A stretch of 64,000 nt of DNA from NCBI GenBank assembly GCA_949289065.1, contig CASEMA010000007.1, positions 14,967 through 78,966 on the forward strand, written 5' to 3'. The translations under genes were made by a program, and so were the position numbers. Each line of letters begins with the position of its first letter. Position 1 is the stretch's first letter. Source of the DNA: an uncultured Eubacteriales bacterium. GTDB taxonomy: Bacteria; Bacillota; Clostridia; Lachnospirales; Lachnospiraceae. Positions 7,508-17,903 of the stretch are shown piece after piece. Under the pieces are notes generated by a model. The model was not told the DNA's origin, did no database searches, and saw nothing but the letters and a program-made list of their open reading frames with translations.

Positions 7508-7728
7508 CGCACGCACCTCTTTCCGCAGAATGGTTTATGAAGCTCCGGAAAAATCGTACCGACTTCCAGACTGTGGTTCAGATCAAATGTCGTCTGGAAG
7601 GTTTGCATTGGCACATAGGCCATGGCGATGGGAAAGGTGCAGATATTTTCACAGGCCGGTGCTGCCGGAGCCGGCATTGGCCGGTTGATTGGGTGGCAGC
7701 ACGAAGCCATATTTTGTCGGTAATTCAT
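7504..7728 (-). CDS. cotJA: Spore coat-associated protein CotJA
   Basis: PIAMAYVPMQ...F.L..SLEVGTIFPELHKPF signature. Confidence 0.9.
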   Translation of the reverse strand: MNYRQNMASCCHPINRPMPAPAAPACENICTFPIAMAYVPMQTFQTTFDLNHSLEVGTIFPELHKPFCGKRCVR

Positions 7729-7763
7729 ATAAGCTCCTTTCGGAAAAATTTTTATTTTACTAT

Positions 7764-7793
7764 TAATGTATGAAAACCGAAAAAGAATGTGAG
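7764..7793 (-). promoter_or_regulatory. Mother-cell (SigK/SigE-type) promoter of cotJABC
   Basis: Minus strand AC(7790-7789)-16 nt-CATACATTA(7772-7764); fits SigK AC-N16-CATAnnnTA and the SigE -10 CATACAnT. Confidence 0.7.
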
Positions 7794-7797
7794 AATA

Positions 7798-8682
7798 TTA
7801 AACAATGATTTGAAGCGCGTTGTGCATATTGCGGATATGGATTTCTTTGCTTCCCGGCGCGTATTCACCGTCCAGTGTCCATGGAATTTCAGCTTCAGGA
7901 TAAATATCCAATTCGCTGGCTTGAAAGAAAGTAATGACTTCCGGGTCATAGGATTGGGTGTTAATGGAGACAACGATCTTTGTCAGATCAAAGACGGTCT
8001 TTGGCATTTTGATAAGCATAACTTCAAAAAGACCGTCGTTGAAGTCTACCAGCTCTTTATTCAGACGTATCATACCGCCGATGGAGGTAGAATTGCAGAT
8101 TGCGCCCCAGATGTAATTATCTTCCATAACAGTATCTTCATGGACAAATTTAATGTGGCACGGTTCAATGGCAGAAAGATCCTTCACGCCTTCAAGCAGA
8201 TAGGCCAAATGCCCCAGCCGGTTTTTTAAAGACTGGGGGGTATTATAGGATGTTTCCGTAAAGGCGCCAAAAGATGCCACATAGGAAAAGTAAAGTTGAT
8301 TGAAGGAACCGATATCAATACTGCGCGGAGAGCCGGTCATGATCTGTCGGGCAATTTCCACAGAACTTCCGTTCAGGCCGATGCTTCGGGCAAAGTCATT
8401 GGTGCTTCCGGAGGGAATATAGCCGACACACGGATGGTTTTCAATAGGAACAAGTGTGGAAACCATACCGTTAAAAGTACCGTCGCCGCCGCAGCAAACG
8501 ATCAGGTCATAGGTTTTGTCCTGGCTCAGGGCATCATCAATGGCATTGGATATATATTTTGTCACGTTCAATGTTAATTCATAGCCGGCTTCGCAGAATA
8601 TCTGGCAGACTTCTAAAAGGCTGTCTTTGATCTTTACCGTTCCGGCGCTTGGATTAACAATAAATAGCAGTTTTTTTTTCAT
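7798..8682 (-). CDS. Diacylglycerol/lipid kinase family protein (YegS/DagK-like)
   Basis: IVNPSAG, GGDGT, GSTNDFARS, DGE motifs; ATG 8682 with GGAGG RBS. Confidence 0.9.
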   Translation of the reverse strand: MKKKLLFIVNPSAGTVKIKDSLLEVCQIFCEAGYELTLNVTKYISNAIDDALSQDKTYDLIVCCGGDGTFNGMVSTLVPIENHPCVGYIPSGSTNDFARSIGLNGSSVEIARQIMTGSPRSIDIGSFNQLYFSYVASFGAFTETSYNTPQSLKNRLGHLAYLLEGVKDLSAIEPCHIKFVHEDTVMEDNYIWGAICNSTSIGGMIRLNKELVDFNDGLFEVMLIKMPKTVFDLTKIVVSINTQSYDPEVITFFQASELDIYPEAEIPWTLDGEYAPGSKEIHIRNMHNALQIIV

Positions 8683-8857
8683 GATAATAACCTCCCTTTT
8701 GCTCTGGAACATGGAGTATACCTGTTGCAAAGTATAAGGATATTATATATTATTTTGACGATGGTGGCTACTATAAGTTTTGTAAGAAAACGTTGACAAA
8801 TGGGGATTCTGTTATATAATTTTAAAAACAGAAGAATATTATTTGGAGGCTATTCAG

Positions 8858-10177
8858 ATGAAGAAGGTTGTAAAGTTTGGCGGAAGCTCTCTGGCCAGCG
8901 CCGAACAGTTTAAAAAGGTAGGTAATATTATCAGAAGCGATGCCGACCGAAGATATGTGATTCCTTCGGCGCCGGGAAAACGTTTCGCTAAGGATATTAA
9001 GGTGACCGATATGCTTTATCGCTGCTATGAGACGGCAGTGGCGGGAGAAGATTTCAGTGAGCTTCTTGGAAAGATTAAAGCGCGGTATAATGAGATTATT
9101 CAGGGGCTGTCCTTGGATTTATCGTTGGACGATGAGTTTGGCATGATTGAAACGGCCTTTGTAAATAAGGAAGGTATTGATTATGCTGCCTCAAGAGGAG
9201 AATATCTGAATGGCCTTGTTATGGCAAAATATTTGGACTATGAATTTGTCGACCCGGTAAACTATATCTTTTTCCGGGAAGACGGACAGTTGGATCAGGA
9301 CAAGACCTATACGGCCTTGGGAGAAAAGCTGGGTGCGGTTGAAAGAGCCGTTATTCCGGGATTTTATGGCTGCGGCGTTGACGGCAGAGTTCAGACCTTT
9401 TCCCGGGGCGGTTCGGATGTGACCGGTTCGGTTGTTGCGAAGGCTGTGCTGGCTGATATCTATGAAAATTGGACAGATGTTTCCGGTGTTCTTGTAGCTG
9501 ACCCACGGATTATTGAGAACCCGAAACCGATTCATACGGTAACTTATAAGGAGTTACGGGAGCTTTCCTATATGGGAGCCAGTGTTCTCCATGAAGATGC
9601 CATCTTTCCGGTGCGTACAGAGGGCATCCCGATTAATATCCGGAATACGAATGCACCGGAGGAACAGGGAACCTTTATCGTTGAAAGTACCTGTGTAAAG
9701 CCGGATTATACGATTACCGGTATTGCCGGAAAAAAAGGTTTTGTATCGATTACTGTTGAAAAAGATATGATGAATGCCCAGGTTGGGTTCGGACGCCGCG
9801 TCCTTGAGGCGTTTGAAAGGGAAGGCGTTTCATTTGAACATATGCCGTCCGGCATTGATACGTTGACCGTTTTTGTGCATCAGGATGAATTCCAGGAGAA
9901 GGAACAGGCAGTTCTCGCAAACCTTCATCGCGCCGTTCATCCAGATTCCATAGAGATGGAGGGCGATTTGGCCCTGGTCGCTGTTGTCGGACGGGGGATG
10001 AAGGCGACCCGAGGTACAGCCGGAAGAATTTTCTCGGCCCTGGCTCACGCGAATGTCAATGTAAAAATGATCGATCAGGGTTCCAGTGAGTTGAATATCA
10101 TCATCGGTGTTCAGAATAAGGATTTTGAAGCAGCCATCAAGGCAATTTACGATATTTTTGTAACGATTCGTCTCTAA
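8858..10177 (+). CDS. lysC: Aspartate kinase with C-terminal ACT domains
   Basis: VVKFGGSSLA, TFSRGGSDVTG, ENWTDVSG...ADPR; promoter TTGACA(8793)-16-TATAAT(8815). Confidence 0.9.
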   Translation: MKKVVKFGGSSLASAEQFKKVGNIIRSDADRRYVIPSAPGKRFAKDIKVTDMLYRCYETAVAGEDFSELLGKIKARYNEIIQGLSLDLSLDDEFGMIETAFVNKEGIDYAASRGEYLNGLVMAKYLDYEFVDPVNYIFFREDGQLDQDKTYTALGEKLGAVERAVIPGFYGCGVDGRVQTFSRGGSDVTGSVVAKAVLADIYENWTDVSGVLVADPRIIENPKPIHTVTYKELRELSYMGASVLHEDAIFPVRTEGIPINIRNTNAPEEQGTFIVESTCVKPDYTITGIAGKKGFVSITVEKDMMNAQVGFGRRVLEAFEREGVSFEHMPSGIDTLTVFVHQDEFQEKEQAVLANLHRAVHPDSIEMEGDLALVAVVGRGMKATRGTAGRIFSALAHANVNVKMIDQGSSELNIIIGVQNKDFEAAIKAIYDIFVTIRL

Positions 10178-10225
10178 TGCCGTTTTATGGGACACCCTAT
10201 TCTTTATAATGAAGCCATCTTAAAG

Positions 10226-10253
10226 AAAATGTCGCCGTAAGGCGGCATTTTTT
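10226..10253 (+). terminator. Intrinsic terminator
   Basis: AAAATGTCGCC-GTAA-GGCGGCATTTTTT. Confidence 0.8.
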
Positions 10254-10299
10254 ATGCCGGAGATCTGCAGAGAAAGACGGGAAAAGCCGGTTTTTCGTA

Positions 10300-10328
10300 T
10301 TGACACGGGTACGTTTTCGTGTTACCAT
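10300..10328 (+). promoter_or_regulatory. SigA promoter of the amino-acid ABC operon
   Basis: TTGACA-17-TACCAT with extended TG. Confidence 0.65.
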
Positions 10329-10388
10329 GATAAAGCGTTATATAAATAACAGGGTAATCTGACTGCATGAATCTGGGAGGAAAGAATT

Positions 10389-11267
10389 ATGAAAAAGAAG
10401 ATGACATTGATGATGGCTGGAGTGCTGGCAGTAGGTATTTTGGCGACAGGATGCGGCAATAAAAATGCTGAAACAACAGCAGATACAGCGGCTGAAACGA
10501 CAACGGAAGCTACGGGAGAGAGTAAAGTGGATGGGGAAACGGCAGCAGCGGCCGGTGAGCGGACAACCTTTACTGTAGGCTTTGACGCCAGCTTCCCGCC
10601 ATATGGCTATCAGGAAAATGGTGAATATGTCGGCTTTGATTTGGACCTGGCTCAGGAGGTCTGTGACCGTAACGGCTGGGAGCTTGTGAAAACACCGATT
10701 GACTGGGATGCGAAGGATATGGAATTGAATTCTGGAGCCATCGACTGTATTTGGAACGGATTTACCATCAACGGACGTGAAGATGCTTACACATGGAGCG
10801 AGCCATATATTGATAATACACAAGTATTTGCTGTAAAGAAGGAAGGAGATATCACTTCTGCGGCAGATCTGGCCGGAAAAATTGTATTAGTTCAGGCAGA
10901 TTCCTCAGCGTTGGCTGCATTGAAGGATGAAGAAAATCCAGAGATTAAGGCGCTTGCCGATTCCTTTGGCGAGCTGATCGAAGTGCAGGAATATGAATCC
11001 GCATTGATGGAACTGGAAGCAGGTTCTGCCGATGCCGTTGCCATGGATGAAGGCGTAGCGAGAGCAAAAATGAGTAAAAATGATAACATTACTATTCTGG
11101 AGGATGTGATTTCCAAAGAACAGTATGGTATTGGATTTAAGCTGGGCAACGAAGAGCTTCGGGATCAGGTATGGAATACACTGCTTGAGATGGAAGCGGA
11201 TGGTACCGTTGATGAAATTGCTGACAAATACGACATTAATAAAGACAACATCTGCATCGGCGAATAA
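10389..11267 (+). CDS. Polar amino-acid ABC transporter, substrate-binding lipoprotein
   Basis: Lipobox LATGC; VGFDASFPPYGY...GFDLDLA...PIDWDAKD.ELNSG.IDCIWNG. Confidence 0.92.
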   Translation: MKKKMTLMMAGVLAVGILATGCGNKNAETTADTAAETTTEATGESKVDGETAAAAGERTTFTVGFDASFPPYGYQENGEYVGFDLDLAQEVCDRNGWELVKTPIDWDAKDMELNSGAIDCIWNGFTINGREDAYTWSEPYIDNTQVFAVKKEGDITSAADLAGKIVLVQADSSALAALKDEENPEIKALADSFGELIEVQEYESALMELEAGSADAVAMDEGVARAKMSKNDNITILEDVISKEQYGIGFKLGNEELRDQVWNTLLEMEADGTVDEIADKYDINKDNICIGE

Positions 11268-11341
11268 GATAGATGGGCATCAGGGGGGAGCGAGCAGTAT
11301 CGCTCCCCTAACTATTGTGAACACTTAGAGGAGGTCAATTG

Positions 11342-11992
11342 ATGACGATTGCAGATATTATAAAACAGTTATCCAGCGGTATGGGTGTAACCATAGAGAT
11401 ATTCTTTGTGACGCTGATTTCTTCATTGATTTTAGGTCTTGGTCTGGCTCTTGTGCGGATGTCAAAATTTAAAATTCTTTCGATTCTTGCAAAAATATAT
11501 ATATCAATCATGCGAGGGACACCACTGATGCTGCAGCTTTTGGTCGTTTATTTCGGCCCTTATTTTATTTTCGGGATTCCGATTACCCGGACCTATCGTT
11601 TGAATGCGGTGCTGATCGGATTTGCGCTGAACTATGCGGCCTATTTTGCGGAAATTTACCGGGGAGGCATAGCGGCGATTCCGGACGGTCAATATGAGGC
11701 GGCAAAGCTGCTTGGCTACAGTAAAAGTCAGACCTTTGTGCATATCGTTATGCCTCAGGTGGTAAAGCGGATCATTCCGGCGGTGGCCAATGAAACGATT
11801 ACCCTTGTCAAGGATACATCTTTGGCGTTCACTTTGGCTGTGGCGGAGATGTTTACTTTGACAAAACAGCTGGTGGCGTCCCAGTCTTCGATGGTGCCCT
11901 TTGTAGTAGCGGCGGTATTTTACTATATTTTTAATCTTTTGGTAGCCCTATTCTTTGATTATCTGGAAAAGAAATTAAATTATTATCGTTAG
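11342..11992 (+). CDS. Polar amino-acid ABC transporter permease
   Basis: [40 protein letters not shown]. Confidence 0.92.
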   Translation: MTIADIIKQLSSGMGVTIEIFFVTLISSLILGLGLALVRMSKFKILSILAKIYISIMRGTPLMLQLLVVYFGPYFIFGIPITRTYRLNAVLIGFALNYAAYFAEIYRGGIAAIPDGQYEAAKLLGYSKSQTFVHIVMPQVVKRIIPAVANETITLVKDTSLAFTLAVAEMFTLTKQLVASQSSMVPFVVAAVFYYIFNLLVALFFDYLEKKLNYYR

Positions 11993-12003
11993 GAGGCAGA
12001 GGG

Positions 12004-12762
12004 ATGAATTTACTTGAAATGAATCATATAAAGAAGAGCTTTGATGGTCTTGCTGTTTTAAAGGATATTTCTCTGACAGTAAACGAGGGTCAGGTGTTAA
12101 GTATTATCGGCCCGTCCGGTTCGGGAAAATCAACGCTGCTCCGGTGCGCCACTATGCTTGAACGGATCGATGATGGAGATATTATTTATATGGGGGAAGA
12201 GGCGGCAAAGAGTGTGGGCGGCAAGGCCGTCTATGCCAGGGCGGCAGATTTAAAGCGGATTCACAGCTATTATGGACTCGTATTCCAGAACTTTAATTTA
12301 TTCCCTCATTATTCGGTAATCAAAAATATTATCGATGCACCGTTAAGAGTACAGCATCGGAACAAGGAAGAGGTGTTTGAGGAGGCTAGAGAGCTGCTTC
12401 GAAAAATGGGATTGGAGGACAAGGCGGATGCCTATCCATATCAGCTGTCCGGCGGTCAGCAGCAGAGAGTATCTATTGCCCGGGCGTTGGCGATGAATCC
12501 GAAAATATTGTTTTTTGATGAGCCGACCTCCGCTCTGGATCCGGAGCTGACAGGAGAGATTTTAAAAATCATTAAAAATCTGGCAGCGGAAAGGATGACC
12601 ATGGTTATCGTTACCCATGAAATGAATTTTGCGAGAAACGTATCCGATTATATAATTTTCATGGACAAAGGTGTGATTGTTGAGGAAGGCTCACCGGAAA
12701 GCGTATTTAATTCCCAGAATCAGCGGATGAAAGAATTTCTCGGAAAATTTAATGTCGATTAG
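12004..12762 (+). CDS. Polar amino-acid ABC transporter ATPase
   Basis: [28 protein letters not shown]. Confidence 0.93.
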   Translation: MNLLEMNHIKKSFDGLAVLKDISLTVNEGQVLSIIGPSGSGKSTLLRCATMLERIDDGDIIYMGEEAAKSVGGKAVYARAADLKRIHSYYGLVFQNFNLFPHYSVIKNIIDAPLRVQHRNKEEVFEEARELLRKMGLEDKADAYPYQLSGGQQQRVSIARALAMNPKILFFDEPTSALDPELTGEILKIIKNLAAERMTMVIVTHEMNFARNVSDYIIFMDKGVIVEEGSPESVFNSQNQRMKEFLGKFNVD

Positions 12763-12769
12763 ATAATAG

Positions 12770-12804
12770 GACGGCATTGCGGAAGCAGTGTCGTTTATTT
12801 TTTT
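12770..12804 (+). terminator. Intrinsic terminator
   Basis: GACGGCATTGC-GGAA-GCAGTGTCGT followed by a T-rich tail. Confidence 0.7.
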
Positions 12805-12834
12805 GATGCCATAATAGATTTTAAGGTATTCTAG

Positions 12835-12888
12835 TTGACATTCTCATGAAATTAAGATATGATATTGATATCAAAATGATATCAATAT
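12835..12888 (+). promoter_or_regulatory. SigA promoter with a 27-bp palindromic operator over the start site
   Basis: TTGACA(12835)-17-TATGAT(12858); ATATTGATATCA-AAA-TGATATCAATAT at 12862-12888. Confidence 0.8.
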
Positions 12889-12903
12889 GGAGGAGGAAAA
12901 ACT

Positions 12904-13902
12904 ATGAAGACAGAAGTCAGAAACATTGAAGAAAAAATTATCCATCCGGTCAATGGCGCTGTGATGCTCATTGTGAATCTGATGTTATTAGCGGCATTCG
13001 GTGTCTTATTTGCTGTAGGCGTTCAGCAGTCAGTGGTTGGGCATTTAATCGTGGCGGCAATGATGATTGCTGTATCCTGTGTCGGTGTGGTCGCTGTGCT
13101 TATTGCTTTTGGGGGCTTGAAGACGGTACGGCCAAACGAGGCGCTTGTATTGACATTGTTCGGAGCCTATTACGGAACGATCCGGAAACCGGGATTTTAT
13201 TTTGTTAATCCTTTCAGCGCATCTAATAGTCCCTTGTATACCGCCGCGGTAAAGAATGTAAATTCGAAATCCGGCGAGGTGGGAACTATCGCAATTCCGG
13301 GCAGGAAGCGCGTGTCGTTAAAGAATAATACTTTGAAAAATGAAAAACAGAAGGTCAATGACGGTATGGGCAATCCGATCGTTATTGGAACAAATGTGAT
13401 TTGGCGCGTAGACGATCCGACAAAAGCGGTTTTTAATGTGGAGGATTATGCCGAATTTATTTCAATTCAGACCGATTCTACGGTGCGGAATATTGCCCGG
13501 CTTTATCCATATGATGTGATCGACGAGGAAAATGACGAGAGTGAAAAGACTCTGAGGGGAAGTGTTCAGGAGATTGCTGACCGGATGCAGGCGGCGCTCC
13601 AGGAACAGGTAAATATTGCCGGGATAGTTATTGAAGATGTGAAGATTACCAATCTGGCCTATTCGGAAGAAATTGCGGCAGCTATGCTTCAGCGCCAGCA
13701 GGCCACAGCCATTATTGCGGCCCGTCAGAAAATCGTGGATGGCGCTGTGGGAATGGTCAAGATGGCCATCGATAAGCTGGGCGACGAAGAAATTGTTCTT
13801 TTGGATGAGGAACGGAAGGCGGCGATGGTCAGCAATCTTCTTGTTGTCCTTTGCTCCGGAAAGGACACGCAGCCTATTGTCAACAGCGGAAGTATATATT
13901 AA
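12904..13902 (+). CDS. SPFH (band 7/stomatin-like) membrane protein
   Basis: Two N-terminal TMs, KVND..GNPI.IG..V.WRV, LAYSEEIAAAMLQRQQA, VGMV..A...L. Confidence 0.88.
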   Translation: MKTEVRNIEEKIIHPVNGAVMLIVNLMLLAAFGVLFAVGVQQSVVGHLIVAAMMIAVSCVGVVAVLIAFGGLKTVRPNEALVLTLFGAYYGTIRKPGFYFVNPFSASNSPLYTAAVKNVNSKSGEVGTIAIPGRKRVSLKNNTLKNEKQKVNDGMGNPIVIGTNVIWRVDDPTKAVFNVEDYAEFISIQTDSTVRNIARLYPYDVIDEENDESEKTLRGSVQEIADRMQAALQEQVNIAGIVIEDVKITNLAYSEEIAAAMLQRQQATAIIAARQKIVDGAVGMVKMAIDKLGDEEIVLLDEERKAAMVSNLLVVLCSGKDTQPIVNSGSIY

Positions 13903-13930
13903 ACTTTAAGTAAAGGGAGGAGGCGAAGCC

Positions 13931-14206
13931 GTGGAAAAGAATCATTTGGATGAACATTTAGATGAAAAGGAAGAAAAGCTTCGCGCACGTCTGGAAAAAC
14001 TGGATTCCCTTGAGAAAGAAATTAAAGCGCGGGAGAAGGCGATGAAGGCCAGGGAGAGCGCCAAGAAGCAGGTGCTGCTTCGTTTGCCCCAGGGGCTTTG
14101 GGAGGACATCTCCCAGTGGGCCAGCGACGACTTTCGCTCAATTAACGGACAGATTGAATATTTACTGACAGAGGCGGTGCGCAGCCGTAAAAAGGGAAAG
14201 GGATGA
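13931..14206 (+). CDS. Arc-like ribbon-helix-helix DNA-binding protein with N-terminal coiled coil
   Basis: KKQVLLRLP..LW..I..WA.DDFRSINGQIEYLL.EAV. Confidence 0.75.
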   Translation: MEKNHLDEHLDEKEEKLRARLEKLDSLEKEIKAREKAMKARESAKKQVLLRLPQGLWEDISQWASDDFRSINGQIEYLLTEAVRSRKKGKG

Positions 14207-14210
14207 TTAG

Positions 14211-14882
14211 GTGAGTCAGGAACACAGATTGTCGAATGAGGAAATTATATCTAGGGTAGATCATACCTTATTAACACAGACGGCGACCTGGGATGAAATA
14301 AAGGCTTTGTGTGATGATGCGGTCAACTATGGAACGGCTTCAGTATGTATACCGCCGGGACTTGTTAAAATGGCAAAGGCTTATGTGGGGGAACAGATGA
14401 AAATCTGTACGGTCATCGGCTTTCCCAACGGTTATTCCACGACAGAGGTAAAAATGTTTGAGACAGAGCAGGCCCTGACCGATGGTGCCGATGAAATCGA
14501 TATGGTCATAAATATCGGAGCTGTTAAAGAGGGAAAATATGACCGGGTGCTTAAAGAAATCCAGGATATTAAATCCGTCTGTGGCAGTCATATTTTGAAG
14601 GTGATTATAGAAACCTGTTTTTTGACAGAGGCGGAAAAAATCCGTCTCTGTCATGTGGTTACGGATTCGGGGGCGGATTATATTAAGACCTCCACCGGAT
14701 TCGGCAGTGGGGGAGCCACTTTTGAGGATGTTAAGCTTTTTGCAGAAAATGTCGGTCCGGGCGTAAAGATTAAGGCGGCGGGCGGTATTACCTCGTTGGA
14801 GGACGCGGAAAAATTTATTGAACTGGGAGCTTCAAGACTTGGAACTAGCCGGATTATAAAGCTCGTTAAAAGGGGAGTTTAG
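14211..14882 (+). CDS. deoC: Deoxyribose-phosphate aldolase
   Basis: [47 protein letters not shown]. Confidence 0.95.
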   Translation: MSQEHRLSNEEIISRVDHTLLTQTATWDEIKALCDDAVNYGTASVCIPPGLVKMAKAYVGEQMKICTVIGFPNGYSTTEVKMFETEQALTDGADEIDMVINIGAVKEGKYDRVLKEIQDIKSVCGSHILKVIIETCFLTEAEKIRLCHVVTDSGADYIKTSTGFGSGGATFEDVKLFAENVGPGVKIKAAGGITSLEDAEKFIELGASRLGTSRIIKLVKRGV

Positions 14883-14883
14883 C

Positions 14884-15345
14884 ATGTGGGAAGAACTTAT
14901 TCAAAAGGCCGTTACCCAATTAGACTACGCCTATGCGCCTTATTCAGATTTTAAGGTCGGCGCGGCGCTTTTATGTAAGGACGGCCGGATATTTACCGGA
15001 TGCAATATAGAAAATTCAGCCTATGGACCGTCGAATTGCGCGGAGCGGACGGCGATTTTTAAAGCCGTCAGCGAAGGCGTTCGGGAATTTAAAGCCATCG
15101 CTATTGTCGGGGGTAAACATGGAGAAATCCGTGACTACTGTGCTCCCTGCGGCGTCTGTCGTCAGGTTATGGCGGAGTTTTGTGAACCGGCGGAGTTTCA
15201 GATTATTATGGCGAAAAGCCCGGAAGACTATCAGGTATGTACATTAGCGGGGCTGCTGCCGAAGGCTTTCTCGCCGAAAATATTGGCTTCGGGCCAGAAT
15301 ATGGAATCAATTAGCCGGGGGACATTGGAGGTGGAACCGGAATGA
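14884..15345 (+). CDS. cdd: Cytidine deaminase
   Basis: [30 protein letters not shown]. Confidence 0.93.
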   Translation: MWEELIQKAVTQLDYAYAPYSDFKVGAALLCKDGRIFTGCNIENSAYGPSNCAERTAIFKAVSEGVREFKAIAIVGGKHGEIRDYCAPCGVCRQVMAEFCEPAEFQIIMAKSPEDYQVCTLAGLLPKAFSPKILASGQNMESISRGTLEVEPE

Positions 15346-16532
15346 AAAAATTTAAGCGGGTATTCTTAATTGTTATTGATTCTTTGGGGATTGGAGAGAT
15401 GCCGGATGCGGCGGATTACGGCGATGTGGGAGTGGATACGTTGGGGCATATATCTGAGTGTGCCGGCGACTTTTATATTCCAAATCTTCAAAGGCTCGGA
15501 ATGGCAAATCTGAAACAGTTGAAACAGGTCAAACCGGCGGCGGAGCCTAGGGGCTATTATGCGGCCCTTCGAGAGGCCAGCGCCAGCAAGGATACGATGA
15601 CGGGGCATTGGGAGATGATGGGACTTAAGGTGAGGACGCCTTTTAAAACCTTTACAGAAAAGGGATTTCCGCCGGAATTGATCGACGAACTGGAACGGCG
15701 CACCGGGCATAAAGTCATTGGAAATAAGAACGCCAGCGGGACGGTCATTCTGGATGAGCTGGGAGAAGAAGAAATTGCCACAGGTCATATGATCGTGTAT
15801 ACTTCTGCCGATTCGGTACTCCAGATTTGCGGTAACGAAGAAACCTTTGATTTAAACGAGCTGTACCGATGCTGTGAGATTGCCAGGGAGCTGACCATGC
15901 GGGATGAGTGGAAGGTCGGCCGGGTGATCGCCAGACCATATGTCGGAAGAAAAAGGGGAGAATTCAAGCGCACAAGCAACCGTCATGATTATGCACTGAA
16001 ACCTTTTGGTTTAACTGTGTTGGATGTACTTAAAGGCAACGGACTGGACGTTATCGCAGTCGGCAAAATTAATGATATTTTTGCTGGCGAAGGTATTACC
16101 CGGGTGGAACGTTCCAAGTCATCGGTCCACGGCATGGAGCAGACGATTGAAATAGCCGGGGAAGATTTTAAGGGACTTTGTTTTGTCAATCTGGTGGATT
16201 TTGACGCCCTTTGGGGACATCGGAGAAATCCTCAGGGCTACAAAGAAGAGCTGGAACGGTTTGATGTAAAGCTTGGGCAGCTTTTAAAGAAGCTTGGTCC
16301 GGAAGATCTGTTGATGATTACGGCGGATCACGGCAACGACCCGACCTATAGAGGAACAGATCATACCCGGGAAAAGGTGCCGCTGCTTGTACATTCTCCC
16401 TTCTTTACCGGAAGCGGTTCCATGGGAGAAATGGAGACCTTTGCCGTGATCGGAGCGACGATTGCCGATAATTTCGATTTGGCTATGCCGGAAGGGACGA
16501 TAGGTTATTCTATAGCGGATAAATTAAACTGA
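15342..16532 (+). CDS. deoB: Phosphopentomutase
   Basis: [41 protein letters not shown]. Confidence 0.95.
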   Translation: MKKFKRVFLIVIDSLGIGEMPDAADYGDVGVDTLGHISECAGDFYIPNLQRLGMANLKQLKQVKPAAEPRGYYAALREASASKDTMTGHWEMMGLKVRTPFKTFTEKGFPPELIDELERRTGHKVIGNKNASGTVILDELGEEEIATGHMIVYTSADSVLQICGNEETFDLNELYRCCEIARELTMRDEWKVGRVIARPYVGRKRGEFKRTSNRHDYALKPFGLTVLDVLKGNGLDVIAVGKINDIFAGEGITRVERSKSSVHGMEQTIEIAGEDFKGLCFVNLVDFDALWGHRRNPQGYKEELERFDVKLGQLLKKLGPEDLLMITADHGNDPTYRGTDHTREKVPLLVHSPFFTGSGSMGEMETFAVIGATIADNFDLAMPEGTIGYSIADKLN

Positions 16533-16581
16533 CAGTAGCATACAATTAGAGGAAGCTTCGAAGAAGGAGAGAAAAAGGCTT

Positions 16582-17898
16582 ATGCATCAGGAACTTTACT
16601 TACACATTGCCTTCTTTTTTATCTATTCTTTTTTAGGGTGGGTGATAGAAGAGATTTTTGCGGCCTTTAAATATGGCCGTTTTATTAATCGGGGGTTTTT
16701 AAACGGACCTTTGTGCCCGGTCTATGGAATTAGCATGTTTGTTATCGTTAATGTGTTGTCGGATTATAACTTGCAGCCGCTCTGGCAGGTCATCGGAGCC
16801 ATAGGGATTGTGACGGTCATTGAATATGTAACCGGAGCCCTGCTTCGGAAAATAACCGGACGGCGTTTCTGGGATTACCGCAACATGCCCTATAATTTAA
16901 ACGGATACATTTGTCTCAGATATTCTGTTTTTTGGGGGATTCTTTCAGTAGCAGCTTTGTGGCTTGCTCAGCCGCCGATTGTTATTTTGTTGCTTCTTAT
17001 ACCAAAACGGGTCGTTCAGTTGATACTTTTGGCGGTCGGAATTGTATTACTTCTGGACCTCGGAGTGACCCTGGCGGCCTCGCTTCACTTGAATTTAAAG
17101 GGCGGCGTGGCGGAAAATGTGGCTAGCCAGGCAAATCAGGTTCGAAGAAACATGGGAAGGCGGATTTTTATGGCAGTTCAGCGCCGTATGTATACGTCCT
17201 TTCCTGAATTAAAAAGCCAGGAACCTTCGGAGAAAACCGGGTTCGGGCAGGTTCATGGACGAACCTTTGCCAAAGGTTTGTGCATCGAAAAACTGATCTG
17301 GATATTTTTTATTAGCGGCGTGGCGGGGGATATTGTAGAAACCATTTTTATGTGGGCGACGACGGGGCGGGTTATGAGCCGGAGCAGTTTCCTTTACATT
17401 CCGTTCAGTATCGTCTGGGGCGCCGGCGGCGCCCTTGGAGTTGGATTACTGGATTCGGTGAAAAAAAGCAGAGTGCGCATATTTCTGGGCGGTTTCTTTT
17501 TCGGCGGTGTATTTGAATATTCCTGCTCGGTTCTTTCCGAATTGCTTTTCGGGACCATATTCTGGGATTACAGCCATTTGCCTTTTAATCTGAACGGCCG
17601 GATTAATTTGTTGTTCTGTGGGTTCTGGGGCGTTGCGGCCCTTGTACTGATTCGTTTGATCTATCCGATAGTCAGTCGCTGGATTGAAAGGATACCTTTA
17701 ATTTCGGGGACGATTCTGACATGGGTATTGGTAGGTGCTATGGTACTCACAGCTCTGGCGTCCTCCATGGCCATTACCCGCTATGTACAGCGCCAGGCCG
17801 ACATACCGGCCAAAAGTGTTGTCGGTGCGTTTCTGGACGAACAATATCCCGATGTCCTGGTTGAAGGCGTTTATCCATATATGAAGATTGTAAAATAA
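16582..17898 (+). CDS. Membrane protein with two CmpB/TMEM229-like (putative ABC permease) domains
   Basis: Duplicated RGFL.GP.CPVYG / FWDY...P.NLNG.I.L motif. Confidence 0.75.
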   Translation: MHQELYLHIAFFFIYSFLGWVIEEIFAAFKYGRFINRGFLNGPLCPVYGISMFVIVNVLSDYNLQPLWQVIGAIGIVTVIEYVTGALLRKITGRRFWDYRNMPYNLNGYICLRYSVFWGILSVAALWLAQPPIVILLLLIPKRVVQLILLAVGIVLLLDLGVTLAASLHLNLKGGVAENVASQANQVRRNMGRRIFMAVQRRMYTSFPELKSQEPSEKTGFGQVHGRTFAKGLCIEKLIWIFFISGVAGDIVETIFMWATTGRVMSRSSFLYIPFSIVWGAGGALGVGLLDSVKKSRVRIFLGGFFFGGVFEYSCSVLSELLFGTIFWDYSHLPFNLNGRINLLFCGFWGVAALVLIRLIYPIVSRWIERIPLISGTILTWVLVGAMVLTALASSMAITRYVQRQADIPAKSVVGAFLDEQYPDVLVEGVYPYMKIVK

Positions 17899-17903
17899 CA
17901 GTT

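Noticed and set aside
11287-11310. Hairpin between the binding-protein and permease genes as a novel RNA
   Set aside because: Typical intercistronic stabilising or attenuating stem in ABC operons.
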